Positions 54,610 to 64,000 of a stretch of 64,000 bases of DNA are shown here, piece by piece. The DNA is from Anaerolineales bacterium. GTDB lineage: Bacteria > Chloroflexota > Anaerolineae > Anaerolineales > E44-bin32. The DNA lies in assembly GCA_035693825.1 (NCBI GenBank), contig DASSGB010000207.1, forward strand, positions 384-64,383, written 5' to 3'. The notes beneath the pieces are model-generated. The model searched no databases, was not told the origin of the DNA, and saw nothing but the letters and a program-made list of their open reading frames with translations. Each line of letters starts with the position of its first letter. Position 1 is the first letter of the stretch. The position numbers and the translations under genes are program-made.

Positions 54610-55581
54610 CTAGGCTTCGCCGAGCTTGGTGCCCTCGCGGCCCAGGCGAGGGTCGAGGGCGTCGCGCAGCCCGTCCCCCAGAAGATTGAATCCCAGCACG
54701 GTCAGCATGATGCCGAGCCCCGGGAAGAACACCAGGTGGGGAGCGGTAAAGACCTGATTGCGGTCTTTGCCCAGCATCGAGCCCCACTCCGGCGTCGGCG
54801 GCTGCGCGCCCAGCCCGAGAAACGACAGCGCTGCGGCGTCCAGAATGGCCGTGGCGATGCCGAGAGTCCCCTGGACGATCAGCGGTGTGAGCGCGTTGGG
54901 CAGCACCGAACGGAACAGGATCGTCCCCATCCCGGCGCCCAGGGCCCGCGAGGCGGCGACGAAGTCGGTTTCTTTGACCGAAAGCACGCTGGCGCGAACG
55001 ACGCGGGCGTAGACCGGGATGGAAACGATGCCGATGGCGATCAGCGCGTTGATCAGCCCCGGCCCGAGCACGGCGACGATGGCAATGGCCAGCAGGAGGG
55101 CCGGGAACGCCAGCAGCACATCCATCACGCGCATGATCAAGTCTTCCACCCAGCCGCCCAGGTATCCCGCCAGCGCCCCGAGCAGAGTCCCGACGACGAT
55201 GGCGAAGCTGACGGAGGTCACACCGATGATCAGCGAGTACTGAGCGCCGTAGAGGACGCGGCTGAACAGGTCGCGCACGTTGCTGTCGATGCCCATCAGG
55301 TGTTGAGGCCGATCCGCCGGGCAACCGAGCAGATGAATGCAGGGTGGATCGCGATCGTCGACGGCTTCGACGCCGATGAGAACCTGGTAGGGATCATAGG
55401 GCGCGATCCACGGCGCTGTGACCGCCACCACGACCAGCGCGCCGAGGATGGCCATGCCCAGCAAGGCGGACCGGCGCTGAAACAGGCGCCGCCAGGCGGT
55501 CCGCCACAGGCTGACCGGCTTGCCGGTCAGTTCTTCGGCGGGCAGCAGGCGCAATCCGGGCGCGGTGGCGTCGGCGGTCAT
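54610..55581 (-). CDS. peptide/nickel ABC transporter permease (DppC/OppC-type)
   Basis: Six TM helices. Conserved loop FVAASRALGAGMGTILFRSVLPNAL. Confidence 0.85.
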   Translation of the reverse strand: MTADATAPGLRLLPAEELTGKPVSLWRTAWRRLFQRRSALLGMAILGALVVVAVTAPWIAPYDPYQVLIGVEAVDDRDPPCIHLLGCPADRPQHLMGIDSNVRDLFSRVLYGAQYSLIIGVTSVSFAIVVGTLLGALAGYLGGWVEDLIMRVMDVLLAFPALLLAIAIVAVLGPGLINALIAIGIVSIPVYARVVRASVLSVKETDFVAASRALGAGMGTILFRSVLPNALTPLIVQGTLGIATAILDAAALSFLGLGAQPPTPEWGSMLGKDRNQVFTAPHLVFFPGLGIMLTVLGFNLLGDGLRDALDPRLGREGTKLGEA

Positions 55582-55590
55582 AGCCGGGAT

Positions 55591-56718
55591 CTACTGCAGC
55601 CGGATGCGGGGATCGAGATACGAATACGAGATGTCGACGATCATGTTGATGACGACGTAGCTGACGGCGATCACCAGCGTGAAGGCCTGGATGATGGGAT
55701 AGTCGCGGGCGGTGATGGCTTCGAACAAGATGCGTCCCACGCCGGAGAGTTTGAAGACCGTCTCGGTGAGCACGGCCCCGCCCAGCAGCCCGCCGAGCGA
55801 CAGGCCGATGATCGTCACCACAGGCAGCAGCGCGTTACGCAAGGCGTGCCGGACCACCAGCCGAACCCGCGGCACGCCTTTGGCCTTGGCCGCCCGGATG
55901 TACTCCTGGCCGAGCACTTCGAGCAGGCTGGAGCGGGTCATGCGGGCGATGATCGACAGGGGGATGGTCGACAGCGCGGCCGCCGGAAGGATCAGGTGCT
56001 TCAGAACGTCAAAGAGGACCTCGAAGTCCAGGGTCAGGATCGAGTTGAGGATATACAGGTTGGAGAAAAACTCCAGGAGTGTATAGATGGCCGTGCCTTT
56101 GGCCAGGTACAACCCCCAGACCTGGTAGAACGGCTCGGCCGTCAAGCCGGCCGAGATCCTCCCGGAGGGAGGCAAGATGGGGATGACAATCGAAAACAGG
56201 AAGGCCAACATCAAGCCGAGCCAGAAGACCGGCATGGATACGCCGATGTTGGCTCCGGCCATGGTGGCGATGTCCACCGCCGAGTTGTGGCGGATGGCCG
56301 ACAAGATCCCGGCCGGGACGCCGATGAGGACGGCCAGCGCCAGCGCCGCCAGACTGAGCTCGATCGTGGTGGGGATCTGCTCGACCAGGATGATCGAAAC
56401 CGGCCGACTGAAACGGATCGACTGGCCGAAGTCGCCTCGCAACAGCTGGCCAGCGTAGATGAACAGTTGAGTCTCGACCGGATTGACGAAACAGCCACCG
56501 AAACGCAACGGGCGGACCGACTTGATGCAGTTAATGACCGGCTTGTCCAGGCCATTCGCCCGATCGAATCGTTCGCAGGCCGCCTCGGTGGCTTTTTCCC
56601 CCAACATCGCCTTGCACGCGCCGCCGGGGATCAGCCTCGCCAGCACGAACACGACCACGACAATCCCCACCAGCACCGGGATCGAGGTCAGGAGTCGGCG
56701 GGCCCCATACTGCAGCAT
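55591..56718 (-). CDS. peptide/nickel ABC transporter permease (DppB/OppB-type) with Cys-containing periplasmic insertion
   Basis: YIRAAKAKGVPRVRLVVRHALRNAL. Extra loop EAACERFDRANGLDKPVINCIKSVRPLRFGGCF. Confidence 0.85.
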   Translation of the reverse strand: MLQYGARRLLTSIPVLVGIVVVVFVLARLIPGGACKAMLGEKATEAACERFDRANGLDKPVINCIKSVRPLRFGGCFVNPVETQLFIYAGQLLRGDFGQSIRFSRPVSIILVEQIPTTIELSLAALALAVLIGVPAGILSAIRHNSAVDIATMAGANIGVSMPVFWLGLMLAFLFSIVIPILPPSGRISAGLTAEPFYQVWGLYLAKGTAIYTLLEFFSNLYILNSILTLDFEVLFDVLKHLILPAAALSTIPLSIIARMTRSSLLEVLGQEYIRAAKAKGVPRVRLVVRHALRNALLPVVTIIGLSLGGLLGGAVLTETVFKLSGVGRILFEAITARDYPIIQAFTLVIAVSYVVINMIVDISYSYLDPRIRLQ

Positions 56719-56800
56719 AGGTCAGGCCTCCACAGGGCTCGGATGGGACAACGCGGGGCCGGAGCCCCGCGTTGTCCATACCGTCAAGCGAAATCCTCGG

Positions 56801-58477
56801 CTACGGGGCCGGGACGTTCATCAAGCTGGTCCACAGATACGCGTAGTACTCCCAGGCGTTGGTGTTGCCGTTGTGCAGCGGCGAAGACGCGTCCAACCCC
56901 ATGGTGAAGGTGGCCACGACGTCGTTGGCATCGAACGACGTACCGTCGTGGAACTTCACTCCCTGGCGCAGGGCGCAGGTCCATACCGTCAGGTCTTCGC
57001 TGGCAGTGCACTCGGTCGCCAGGGCCGGCTCGAGAGCCGTGTCGTTGACGACGTAGGAGTACAGCCCCTCCACGATCTGGGTGCAGCCACGCAGCGACTC
57101 GCCGTCGGTCTCATCGGCGCAGAACAGGCTGATCGGTTCGGCGTTCTGCATCCAGACCAGGGTATCGCCCTCGCCCGGAGCCGAGAACGCGAAGCGCTCT
57201 TCGGTCAGCGGGCTGGCCTGAGGCGTGTCGAAATCGGCGCGGTAAGCCGCCGCCGATCCACCGTGGGCCACCGGCACCATCGGCACGAGCTCCTTGATGG
57301 CGTTGTTGGCCTCGGCGTACAGCGGCTCGGCTTCCGCCGGATCGACGATCGCCGCCGCCTCGACCAGAGTCTCATAGATCTCCGGATGCGGCGTACCGAA
57401 CTGCGGGTTGGCTTCCCCGAAGTGGAAGTCGAGGAAGTTGGTCACATGCGGGTAGTCGGCGCCCCAGCCCAGCAGGTACAGCCCATCCAGCCGGCCGGCG
57501 CCCGACTCTTCGATGAAGGCGCCCGACTCCATGACCACGATTTCGGCGTCGATGTTGAGGTTCTGGAGCAGCTGAGCCTGGATCTCTTCCGCCACCCGGG
57601 GGACCTCGGGCAGATAGCCGCGCACGACATCGCGGTAGTAAAGTCGGGTCGAGAAGCCGTCGGCCAGGCCAGCCTCGGCCAGCAGGGCCTTGGCGGCTGC
57701 GGGATCGAAGTCATACCACGCATCGCCGGTGCAGCCGTTGGGGATAGCACACGGCGTGAAGTGCGTCGCGACCTCAGAGCCGCGCGGGTAGAAGGTATCG
57801 ACGATTCGCTGCCGGTCGATGCCCATGGCCACGGCCTGGCGTACCTTCACGTCGTCAAAGGGCTCGAAGGTGTTGGTCATGGCGATGTAGAACGTGTTCA
57901 GGGCCGGGCGCTCGACCAACTGCAGGTTGGCGTCGGCCTCGATGACCTCGAAGTCATCCGGGCCGGGGTTGTCGATCCCGGCGACCGTGCCAGCCTGCAA
58001 CTCGAGCACGCGAGCCGCCGATTCTGAGCTCCAGCGGAAGACCAGCGTCTCGGTCTTCGCCGGCTCGCCCCAGTAGTCGTCAAAGCGCTTGAAGGTCAGG
58101 CTCTCGCCGGCGGTCCATTCCGACACCACATAGGGACCTGTCCCGACGGGGGCTCGCAGCCGGACTTCGGCCGGAGTCTCGGCCTTGGTCGCATATTCCA
58201 GCCACTCGCGGGGGTAGATGCCGAAGACGCTGAAGCCCATCTTCGACAGGAAGCCCGGATCGAAGGCGCACAGCGTGAAGCGAACGGTGAATTGATCGAC
58301 CGCTTCGACGCTGCGCATCAGGCCGCCATAGTCGCAATTGCCGGCGTCCAGGATCATGGGCTCGCTGTACGGGATTTCCTCATACGGCCGCGCCGGGCCG
58401 GCTGGCGCACAACTCGCCAGGACCATGGCCAGAGCCGAGAGGACGCCGAGGGCCAAATACAAGGAACGGCGTTTCAC
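56801..58477 (-). CDS. ABC transporter substrate-binding lipoprotein, family 5 (peptide/nickel)
   Basis: Signal and lipobox MVLASCAP. 558 aa with SBP_bac_5-like blocks (FTLCAFDPGF, VSEWTAGESLTFKRFDDYWG). Confidence 0.8.
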   Translation of the reverse strand: MKRRSLYLALGVLSALAMVLASCAPAGPARPYEEIPYSEPMILDAGNCDYGGLMRSVEAVDQFTVRFTLCAFDPGFLSKMGFSVFGIYPREWLEYATKAETPAEVRLRAPVGTGPYVVSEWTAGESLTFKRFDDYWGEPAKTETLVFRWSSESAARVLELQAGTVAGIDNPGPDDFEVIEADANLQLVERPALNTFYIAMTNTFEPFDDVKVRQAVAMGIDRQRIVDTFYPRGSEVATHFTPCAIPNGCTGDAWYDFDPAAAKALLAEAGLADGFSTRLYYRDVVRGYLPEVPRVAEEIQAQLLQNLNIDAEIVVMESGAFIEESGAGRLDGLYLLGWGADYPHVTNFLDFHFGEANPQFGTPHPEIYETLVEAAAIVDPAEAEPLYAEANNAIKELVPMVPVAHGGSAAAYRADFDTPQASPLTEERFAFSAPGEGDTLVWMQNAEPISLFCADETDGESLRGCTQIVEGLYSYVVNDTALEPALATECTASEDLTVWTCALRQGVKFHDGTSFDANDVVATFTMGLDASSPLHNGNTNAWEYYAYLWTSLMNVPAP

Positions 58478-58693
58478 GGGGTTCTCCTCCTAGTCGATAA
58501 GAGTCGGGTCATTCCGTGGAACCGCACGGTCAGGGGTTGCTGAGCCATCAACCTCCTTCCCCCGAACTCGACCGGCCCGGCGGGCCGGCGGCAGGGGCTG
58601 ACTTGAATTGAGTGCGGAACGAAAGGGGTTTGTCCGGCGTAACTCGGTATTGTAGCAGGAATTGGGACCCCGTCAAACAGCGGCTCCCAGAGC

Positions 58694-58726
58694 CCCAAAC
58701 CCGGTTTTCTGCGGAAACCGGGTTTG
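58694..58726. repeat. GAAACCCGG-TTGC hairpin family, copy 6 (divergent intergenic region)
   Basis: CCCAAACCCGGTTTTCTGCGGAAACCGGGTTTG. Confidence 0.8.
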
Positions 58727-58775
58727 TTTCCTCGGCCGGCTCCATCTACAATCCGGTCCCCGCCCCGGAGGCCCC

Positions 58776-60005
58776 ATGCGGCGCTTTCCCTATGCTTCAA
58801 CCTTCGTCCTGGGCTTGGGCTTCTTCGGCATCAGCATCGTCTGGCCCCTGTTCAACAGTCTGATCCCTCCCATGTTGACGGACCTGGGGCTGACGGCGGT
58901 GGCCGTCGGGTTCGTCATGACCTGGGACAACATCCTGAACGTCGTCTTCCAGCCGTGGGTCGGTGCCCGATCGGACGCCACCCGCACGCGCTTCGGCCGG
59001 CGGCGACCATGGCTCATGCTGGGTGCACCGCTGGCGGCCGTGTTCTTCGCCTTGGTTCCGTTCGCGCGCCAGTCTCTCATTACCCTGGCATTGGCGATCC
59101 TCGGCACCAATATCGCCATGGCCCTGTTCCGCTCCCCGACCATCGCCTACCTGGGAGACTTATTCGAGCCCCGGGAGCGCAGTCAGGCCAACGGCGTCAT
59201 CAATCTGATGGGCGGCATCGGGGGAGCGGTCGCCCTTTTCGGCGGCGGCGCGCTCTACCGAATGGGCGTTCCGCTGCCATTCGTGGCCGGCGCGGCGGTC
59301 ATGTTGATCGCCGTCCTGATGGTTATCCTCACGGTGCGCGAGCCCATCGCGAGCGGCGCGCAGAAGGACTCAACTTCGACGGCTCCGTCCGGCGGAGTCC
59401 TGGCCAGCCTGCAGCGGCTTCGGCGACCCGAGGGGCGCAGTCTGCTCCAGATGCTCATTGCGATCTTCGCCTGGTTCGTCGCCTGGAACGCGGTCGAGGC
59501 CTTCTTCACCGTGTATGCGCGTCAGATCCTGGGCATCGAAGTGGGAAGCGCCACTCAGATGCTGACGGCCTTCGCCGCGGCTCTGGTAATCTTCGCCATC
59601 CCGGCCGGGCTGTTAGCCACGCGTATCGGACGCAAGACGACCATCCGCGTGGGCCTGGCCGGGATGACCGTCGGCCTCCTGGCCGCGACCTTCGTCCGGT
59701 CGCCCGGTGTGCTGCTGGGACTGCTTGCGGCGATGGGCGCCTGCTGGGCGCTGGTGAACATCAATTCGCTTCCCATGGTCTATGACCTCGAAGGTCAAGG
59801 GGGCATCGGCGTCGCCACCGGACTGTACTATCTCGCCTCGTCCGCGGCAGCCATCAGCGGCCCGATCCTGGCCGGGCTGGCCATCGATCTCGGCGGACAC
59901 GTCTCCATGTGGCCGTTCAGCCTGGTCTTCATGCTGGCCGCGTGGCTGGTGATGGGAAGCGTGCCGTCGTCGAGCGGTCCTCGGGCAGAGGGCACCACGG
60001 CGTAA
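58776..60005 (+). CDS. MFS transporter (GPH/SLC45-like)
   Basis: 12 predicted TM helices. GARSDATRTRFGRRRPW loop motif. Start at ATG 58776, downstream of the hairpin repeat. Confidence 0.75.
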   Translation: MRRFPYASTFVLGLGFFGISIVWPLFNSLIPPMLTDLGLTAVAVGFVMTWDNILNVVFQPWVGARSDATRTRFGRRRPWLMLGAPLAAVFFALVPFARQSLITLALAILGTNIAMALFRSPTIAYLGDLFEPRERSQANGVINLMGGIGGAVALFGGGALYRMGVPLPFVAGAAVMLIAVLMVILTVREPIASGAQKDSTSTAPSGGVLASLQRLRRPEGRSLLQMLIAIFAWFVAWNAVEAFFTVYARQILGIEVGSATQMLTAFAAALVIFAIPAGLLATRIGRKTTIRVGLAGMTVGLLAATFVRSPGVLLGLLAAMGACWALVNINSLPMVYDLEGQGGIGVATGLYYLASSAAAISGPILAGLAIDLGGHVSMWPFSLVFMLAAWLVMGSVPSSSGPRAEGTTA

Positions 60006-60007
60006 AT

Positions 60008-60042
60008 GCGAAACCAGGTTTGCTGCGCAAACCTGGTTTCGG
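60008..60042. repeat. GAAACCCGG-TTGC hairpin family, copy 7 (between convergent MFS and glgC; possible bidirectional terminator)
   Basis: GCGAAACCAGGTTTGCTGCGCAAACCTGGTTTCGG. Confidence 0.8.
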
Positions 60043-60056
60043 TTCTTGACTGACGT

Positions 60057-61316
60057 CTATTCCGGCCCGATCCTCACCCCATCGGGCAGAACGGCGTTCT
60101 TGGGCACGACGACGATGCCGTCGCGCACCGACCAATCCTCGCCGTCGATCTCGGTGCCGCGCGGGAAGGGCTCGATGCGCACGTTCTTCCCGATACGCGT
60201 GTTCTTATCCAGAATGGCGCCGCGGATCGTCGATCCGGTGCCCACGCCGATGGGCGTGCCGGAGGACACGGGCAACGAAGCTTCGGTTTCGTAGTAGTCC
60301 GCCCCCATCATGATCGTGTCCTGGATGTGCACCCCGTCGCCGATGAGGCTGCGGATGCCGACGACGGTGTTGACGATTTCCGCCCCCTCGACGAAACAGC
60401 CGTCGGCCAGCAACACCCGATCCAGGCGCACGTCGTATATGCGCGAGCCGGGCAGCAGCCGGGGCCGGGTGTAGATGGGCGCGACCGGATCGTGGAAGGA
60501 GAACGGCGGATCCGGTTGCACCAGGGCCAGATTGGCCTCGTAGAAGGCGCGAATGGATCCGATGTCTTCCCAGTAGCCGTCGAAGGTGAAGCCGAAGACG
60601 CGATGCGAGGCGATGGCGGCCGGGATGACATCGCCCCCGAAGTCGTCGTGCGGGTTGCCCAGGAGCTCGGTCAGCGCCCGGCGGCGGAAGATGTAGATTC
60701 CCATCGACCCGAAGTAGGGTTGCTCCGGATCCTCCCGGCTCACCAGCTGCTTCAATTGCCCGCGCTCGCGGGGCTTCTCGGCGAAGGCCGTGATGCGCCG
60801 ATCGCCGCTCAGACGCAGCACGCCGAAGCGAGCCGCGTCCGCGGCGGCGATCGGCCTCACGGCGACGGTCACATCGGCTTCCACCTGGCGGTGGAAGCCG
60901 ATCATGGCGCTGTAATCCATGCGGTACAGGTGATCCCCGGCCAGGATCAAGACGTCGTCGGCGCCCGTGACCTCGATCTCGAACAACTGCTTGCGCACGG
61001 CGTCGGCCGTGCCCTGATACCAGTCGAGGTTGGTCGTCGTCTGCTCGGCGGCCAGGATCTGCACCCAGCCGGGGTGGAACAGGTCGAAGTGGTACGTTTG
61101 CGAGATATGCCGGATGAGGGAGACCGAATTGAACTGCGTCAGGATCGCCACCTGATCGACGCCGGAGTTGAGACAGTTGCTGAGCGGAATGTCGATCAGG
61201 CGGTACTTGCCGGCAATGGGCACGGCCGGCTTGGCGCGCTCCTTGGTGAGCGGCCACAGCCGCGTGCCGCGACCCCCTCCAAGGATCACCGCCAGCACAC
61301 GATCGTGCGTTGCCAC
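60057..61316 (-). CDS. glgC: glucose-1-phosphate adenylyltransferase
   Basis: [45 protein letters not shown]-terminal left-handed beta-helix. Confidence 0.9.
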   Translation of the reverse strand: MATHDRVLAVILGGGRGTRLWPLTKERAKPAVPIAGKYRLIDIPLSNCLNSGVDQVAILTQFNSVSLIRHISQTYHFDLFHPGWVQILAAEQTTTNLDWYQGTADAVRKQLFEIEVTGADDVLILAGDHLYRMDYSAMIGFHRQVEADVTVAVRPIAAADAARFGVLRLSGDRRITAFAEKPRERGQLKQLVSREDPEQPYFGSMGIYIFRRRALTELLGNPHDDFGGDVIPAAIASHRVFGFTFDGYWEDIGSIRAFYEANLALVQPDPPFSFHDPVAPIYTRPRLLPGSRIYDVRLDRVLLADGCFVEGAEIVNTVVGIRSLIGDGVHIQDTIMMGADYYETEASLPVSSGTPIGVGTGSTIRGAILDKNTRIGKNVRIEPFPRGTEIDGEDWSVRDGIVVVPKNAVLPDGVRIGPE

Positions 61317-61371
61317 CCGACTCCTCCCGCGGAGAGGCGCGCGCCTATTGTACGGCCAATGCCCGTCGGAC

Positions 61372-61575
61372 CTAGCGCCGGACCTCGCCCTTCACTTCGA
61401 AATGCAGCCGCTCTGCCGACTGGCGGCCGTAGTCCGTCAGATCCTCGAGGACGAACTTCAGGTGCAGCGGGCCCGGGTGCTGGACCCGTTCCAGGTGGCG
61501 GATGATCGCCTCATCCGCACCGACGCCGAAGGTCTTCAGCAACCGGCGGATGTCGTCGCGACTTGTTTCCTCCAT
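61372..61575 (-). CDS. small conserved hypothetical protein (67 aa)
   Basis: Non-biased composition: [55 protein letters not shown]-like RBS context. No function assignable. Confidence 0.45.
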   Translation of the reverse strand: MEETSRDDIRRLLKTFGVGADEAIIRHLERVQHPGPLHLKFVLEDLTDYGRQSAERLHFEVKGEVRR

Positions 61576-61585
61576 GGAAATCCTC

Positions 61586-61705
61586 CAGTGGTCAGTGGTC
61601 AGTGACGACCCCTGCGCCTACCCCGTTCGGGCCGCGAGCCCCGGCCCGCCGGGGCGAGACGGCCTTTCTTCCGCCAGACGAAGCGCAGGGGCGAGTGGCC
61701 AGTAT
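61586..61705. repeat. composite element: (CAGTGGT)n - split ACCCCTGCGCC...GAAGCGCAGGGG hairpin with GC-rich insert - GAGTGGCCAGT
   Basis: CAGTGGTCAGTGGTCAGTGACGACCCCTGCGCC...GAGCCCCGGCCCGCCGGGGCGAG...CAGACGAAGCGCAGGGGCGAGTGGCCAGTAT. Confidence 0.8.
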
Positions 61706-61707
61706 CT

Positions 61708-62499
61708 TCACACGAGAAACAGCCCTACAGCTACCACGGCGCCGGCGAGGGAGGCGGCGAAGTTGACGCCGTCGTTGCGCAGCCAGGAAAGTCCGCGCAG
61801 GCGCGTCGTCGCCGTCCCACAACTGTGAAAAGGATGGCGCTCGGTCTCCTTCCGGCAGGCGGGGCACCAATAGATCGCCTGAATGGTGGCGCCCAGGAGG
61901 CTGTCGACCTGCGCTCCGACGAAGCCCCCGATCCATGCCGCGAATCCCAGGCCGGAACTTGAAGTCATGGCGGCGCTGGTTGCTCCCACCAGTCCCGCGC
62001 CTCCCAGCGCCGCCAGAATCCCCTGCCCGCTGACCGCTCCCGAGGTGCCGGGCTCGACTGTACGGCCGTCGAGAATCCTTCGCGGCCAGCCTCGGGCCAG
62101 CACTCCCAACTCCGTGGCCCACGTGTCCGCCGTTGTGGCGGCCAGCGCTCCGGCAACAGCCGCCAGCCATATCGGCTCGCCCGACAGGCCGTAGGCCGCA
62201 GAGGCTACAGCCGCCAAGGAACCGTTGGCAAACACCTGACCTGCGTCGCGCTCACCGCCCTTGTCGAAGGCCGCCGCCACGGCCGCCTTGCGGTTCGAGC
62301 CGATGCGCGAAAGGATGCTGGACGAGACGAAGAACAACAGAAGCAGGACCGCGGGAACCGCGCCCCCGACGCCGAAGGTCAACGCACCGACGGCCAGGGC
62401 CGCCCATGCGCCGCTCGGCGACAGGGCCCGGGCTTTCCGCGCGACGGCGGAGACGGCGGCCGCCAGCACCACCCCGGAAATCAGCTGTGTGGAAATCAT
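61708..62499 (-). CDS. DUF92/TMEM19-family integral membrane protein
   Basis: MISTQLISGVVLAAAVSAVARKARALSPSGAWAA..., ATTADTWATELG, GAVSGQGILAALGGA, plus a C-terminal CPAC...H..C zinc-ribbon-like insert. Start at ATG 62499. Confidence 0.65.
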   Translation of the reverse strand: MISTQLISGVVLAAAVSAVARKARALSPSGAWAALAVGALTFGVGGAVPAVLLLLFFVSSSILSRIGSNRKAAVAAAFDKGGERDAGQVFANGSLAAVASAAYGLSGEPIWLAAVAGALAATTADTWATELGVLARGWPRRILDGRTVEPGTSGAVSGQGILAALGGAGLVGATSAAMTSSSGLGFAAWIGGFVGAQVDSLLGATIQAIYWCPACRKETERHPFHSCGTATTRLRGLSWLRNDGVNFAASLAGAVVAVGLFLV

Positions 62500-62572
62500 C
62501 CGGGTTGCCTGTGGATAACCACCGTGGGATCTGTGGATAAGGCGCTCAAACCTGTGGAAACGATAGGGAAAT

Positions 62573-63478
62573 TCAGGCGGCCGAGACGAGCTGGACAGCC
62601 GCACCCCACAACAGGATACCAACCGCCACGGCCAGCGCCCAGGTGCCGTAGGCCAGGGGGCGGTCCTTCTCCACCCGGTAGATGACACCCGCCAGAACCA
62701 TGTCCGTCAACCAGCACATCACCCCGATCAGGGGCAGGAAAAGTAGCCGGGTGGGGGGCACCATGGGCCCCGGCTGCCCGGCGATATCGAATCCGAACGG
62801 CACGAGATTGGGCAGACCAGCGGAGACCACCCCGAGATAGCCGAGCAGAGCCAGGGGCAGTGCCAACCCCAGCAGAATGAGAATCCGGGCGAGCCCGTCC
62901 TCCCAGATCCGAATGGTGAAGAACTCGGGCCGAACGGAGCGAATCGCCGTCTTGCGCAGGGACCCCATGCGCGTCGCGGCCACGAAGGCCTGGACGAAGG
63001 CCTGCGGGTTGGGAGGGGAAATGGCCAGCGTTTTGTTTCCCGTGAAAACGAGCAGCATGCCGCCCGCAGGTCGGGAGGCGAAGAACTCCACCGTACCGAC
63101 GTCCGGGATCTGCTTCACGCCGACCAGACAACCCGGCCACCACAGCCCCCGCCCCGGGCGAAGACTCGAACGAAGCGTCTCGGGGACCGTTTGCAGCGTG
63201 ACGTCGCTCAGCCGCGCCGTCTCCTCCGCCCAGCCCCAGCGCACACTCAACATGTCTCGATCGACAGAGTAGCTGGCTGTGGCCAGGCCGAACAGACGGT
63301 AAGCGACGGCCAGCGCCATCGGCACTCCCAGCAGCGGCAAAACCGTCCACAAGAACAGAGGCGGCGAGAGGGTGGCCTGCGTGACCTGCGACAGCCCCAG
63401 GGCAGACACCCCGAGACTGGCAGCCAGCAGGCCGAGCCCGATGGCCATTCCAGGGAGAAGAGGAGGGCGGCAGGTCAT
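62573..63478 (-). CDS. membrane protein with central bacterial PH-like domain (putative)
   Basis: Two N-terminal TM helices, a soluble segment YSVDRDMLSVRWGWAEETARLSDV...LLVFTGNKTLAISP, then about 4 C-terminal TM helices. Confidence 0.4.
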   Translation of the reverse strand: MTCRPPLLPGMAIGLGLLAASLGVSALGLSQVTQATLSPPLFLWTVLPLLGVPMALAVAYRLFGLATASYSVDRDMLSVRWGWAEETARLSDVTLQTVPETLRSSLRPGRGLWWPGCLVGVKQIPDVGTVEFFASRPAGGMLLVFTGNKTLAISPPNPQAFVQAFVAATRMGSLRKTAIRSVRPEFFTIRIWEDGLARILILLGLALPLALLGYLGVVSAGLPNLVPFGFDIAGQPGPMVPPTRLLFLPLIGVMCWLTDMVLAGVIYRVEKDRPLAYGTWALAVAVGILLWGAAVQLVSAA

Positions 63479-63541
63479 CAGGGAACAGTGCGGGGGTGCC
63501 AGAGCCTCGGCACCCCCGCCGGATCGTGACGCGTCGGTCGC

Positions 63542-64000
63542 TCAGCGGGCGGCGGCCGCCTCCCGAACGTAGACAGGTTCGTTCCAGTGCCGATACTTCG
63601 GCAGGCGCCCACGGACCGCGTCATAGTAGAGCTGGCGAAGCTGCGACGCCACCGGCCCCATCACGCCTGCCCCGATGGGCCGGTGATCGACGCGCGTCAC
63701 GGCCGTGATCTGCGCCGCCGTCCCGGTCAGCAGAAGTTCGTCGCAGACGTAAACCTCAGTCCGATCGATGGGCCGCTCGACGACGCGCAGACCGAGCTCG
63801 TCCTGCGCCAGGGTCATGACCGTCCGGCGCGTGATGCCCTCCAGGATGTTGTCGGTCACCGGAGGCGTGATCAACACATCGTTTCGGACGATGAACACGT
63901 TTTCGGCGCTGCCTTCGGAGATGTGACCGTCGTTGGTCAGCACCAGGGCTTCGTCGAAACCGGCGCGCACGGCATCCGTCTTGATGAAGGCCGAATTGAT
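63542..64000 (-). CDS. ilvE: branched-chain amino acid aminotransferase, 3' part (gene continues beyond window end)
   Basis: Fold-type IV aminotransferase blocks EGSAENVFIV, ILEGITRRTV and LLTGTAAQITAV. The frame stays open to nt 64000 (INSAFIKTDA...). Confidence 0.85.
   Translation of the reverse strand: MNSAFIKTDAVRAGFDEALVLTNDGHISEGSAENVFIVRNDVLITPPVTDNILEGITRRTVMTLAQDELGLRVVERPIDRTEVYVCDELLLTGTAAQITAVTRVDHRPIGAGVMGPVASQLRQLYYDAVRGRLPKYRHWNEPVYVREAAAAR

Noticed and set aside
54736-56907. 723-aa plus-strand ORF spanning both ABC permease genes
   Set aside because: It is antisense to two well-supported permeases. The sequence is dominated by R/D/G/Q/H runs with no domains. It is an artefact of stop-codon scarcity in GC-rich DNA.

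Overview
This is a gene-dense, high-GC (roughly two-thirds G+C by eye) bacterial chromosomal window. I call about 53 protein-coding genes. I found no rRNA, tRNA, CRISPR array, transposase, integrase or prophage genes. All calls rest on reading the ORF translations and the DNA by eye, because no database search was possible.

Gene content, in order:
- a cell-envelope sugar operon (GT4, wecB, wecC) next to a polytopic-membrane/EEP-phosphoesterase fusion
- housekeeping enzymes: 2-hydroxyacid dehydrogenase, M32 carboxypeptidase, an ICDH-family enzyme, VanW, serS
- a MarR-headed run: serine-palmitoyltransferase-like alpha-oxoamine synthase, SDR, two tandem paralogous unknown membrane proteins, MsbA-like ABC exporter
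- PFOR (nifJ) and a UbiA/MenA-like prenyltransferase
- a multi-sensor histidine kinase
- a HIT-LOG-DinB-sbcD-sbcC-SDR operon
- a nitrite/NO cluster: sensor-like membrane protein, Crp/Fnr regulator, DUF1858, three-domain NirK, TatA, cupin, and three uncharacterised membrane proteins
- a 1880-aa thioester alpha-2-macroglobulin
- a GT2, a peptide ABC importer without ATPase genes, an MFS transporter, glgC, and the 3' part of ilvE

Most interesting observations:
1. The nirK-linked trio of unknown membrane proteins, together with an exact TTGCG-N4-CGCAA (NnrR/FNR-type) box positioned as for a class II promoter on a leaderless transcript.
2. The SPT-like lipid locus with novel membrane paralogs.
3. 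An unusually rich set of at least five intergenic repeat families: heptamer arrays, 44-nt tandem hairpin units, GAAACCCGGTTTGC hairpins, G-rich palindromes and about 220-nt nested-palindrome MITE-like elements. Some of these supply start or stop regions of genes.

Gene content and repeat style would fit a Chloroflexota-like organism, but that is inference only.
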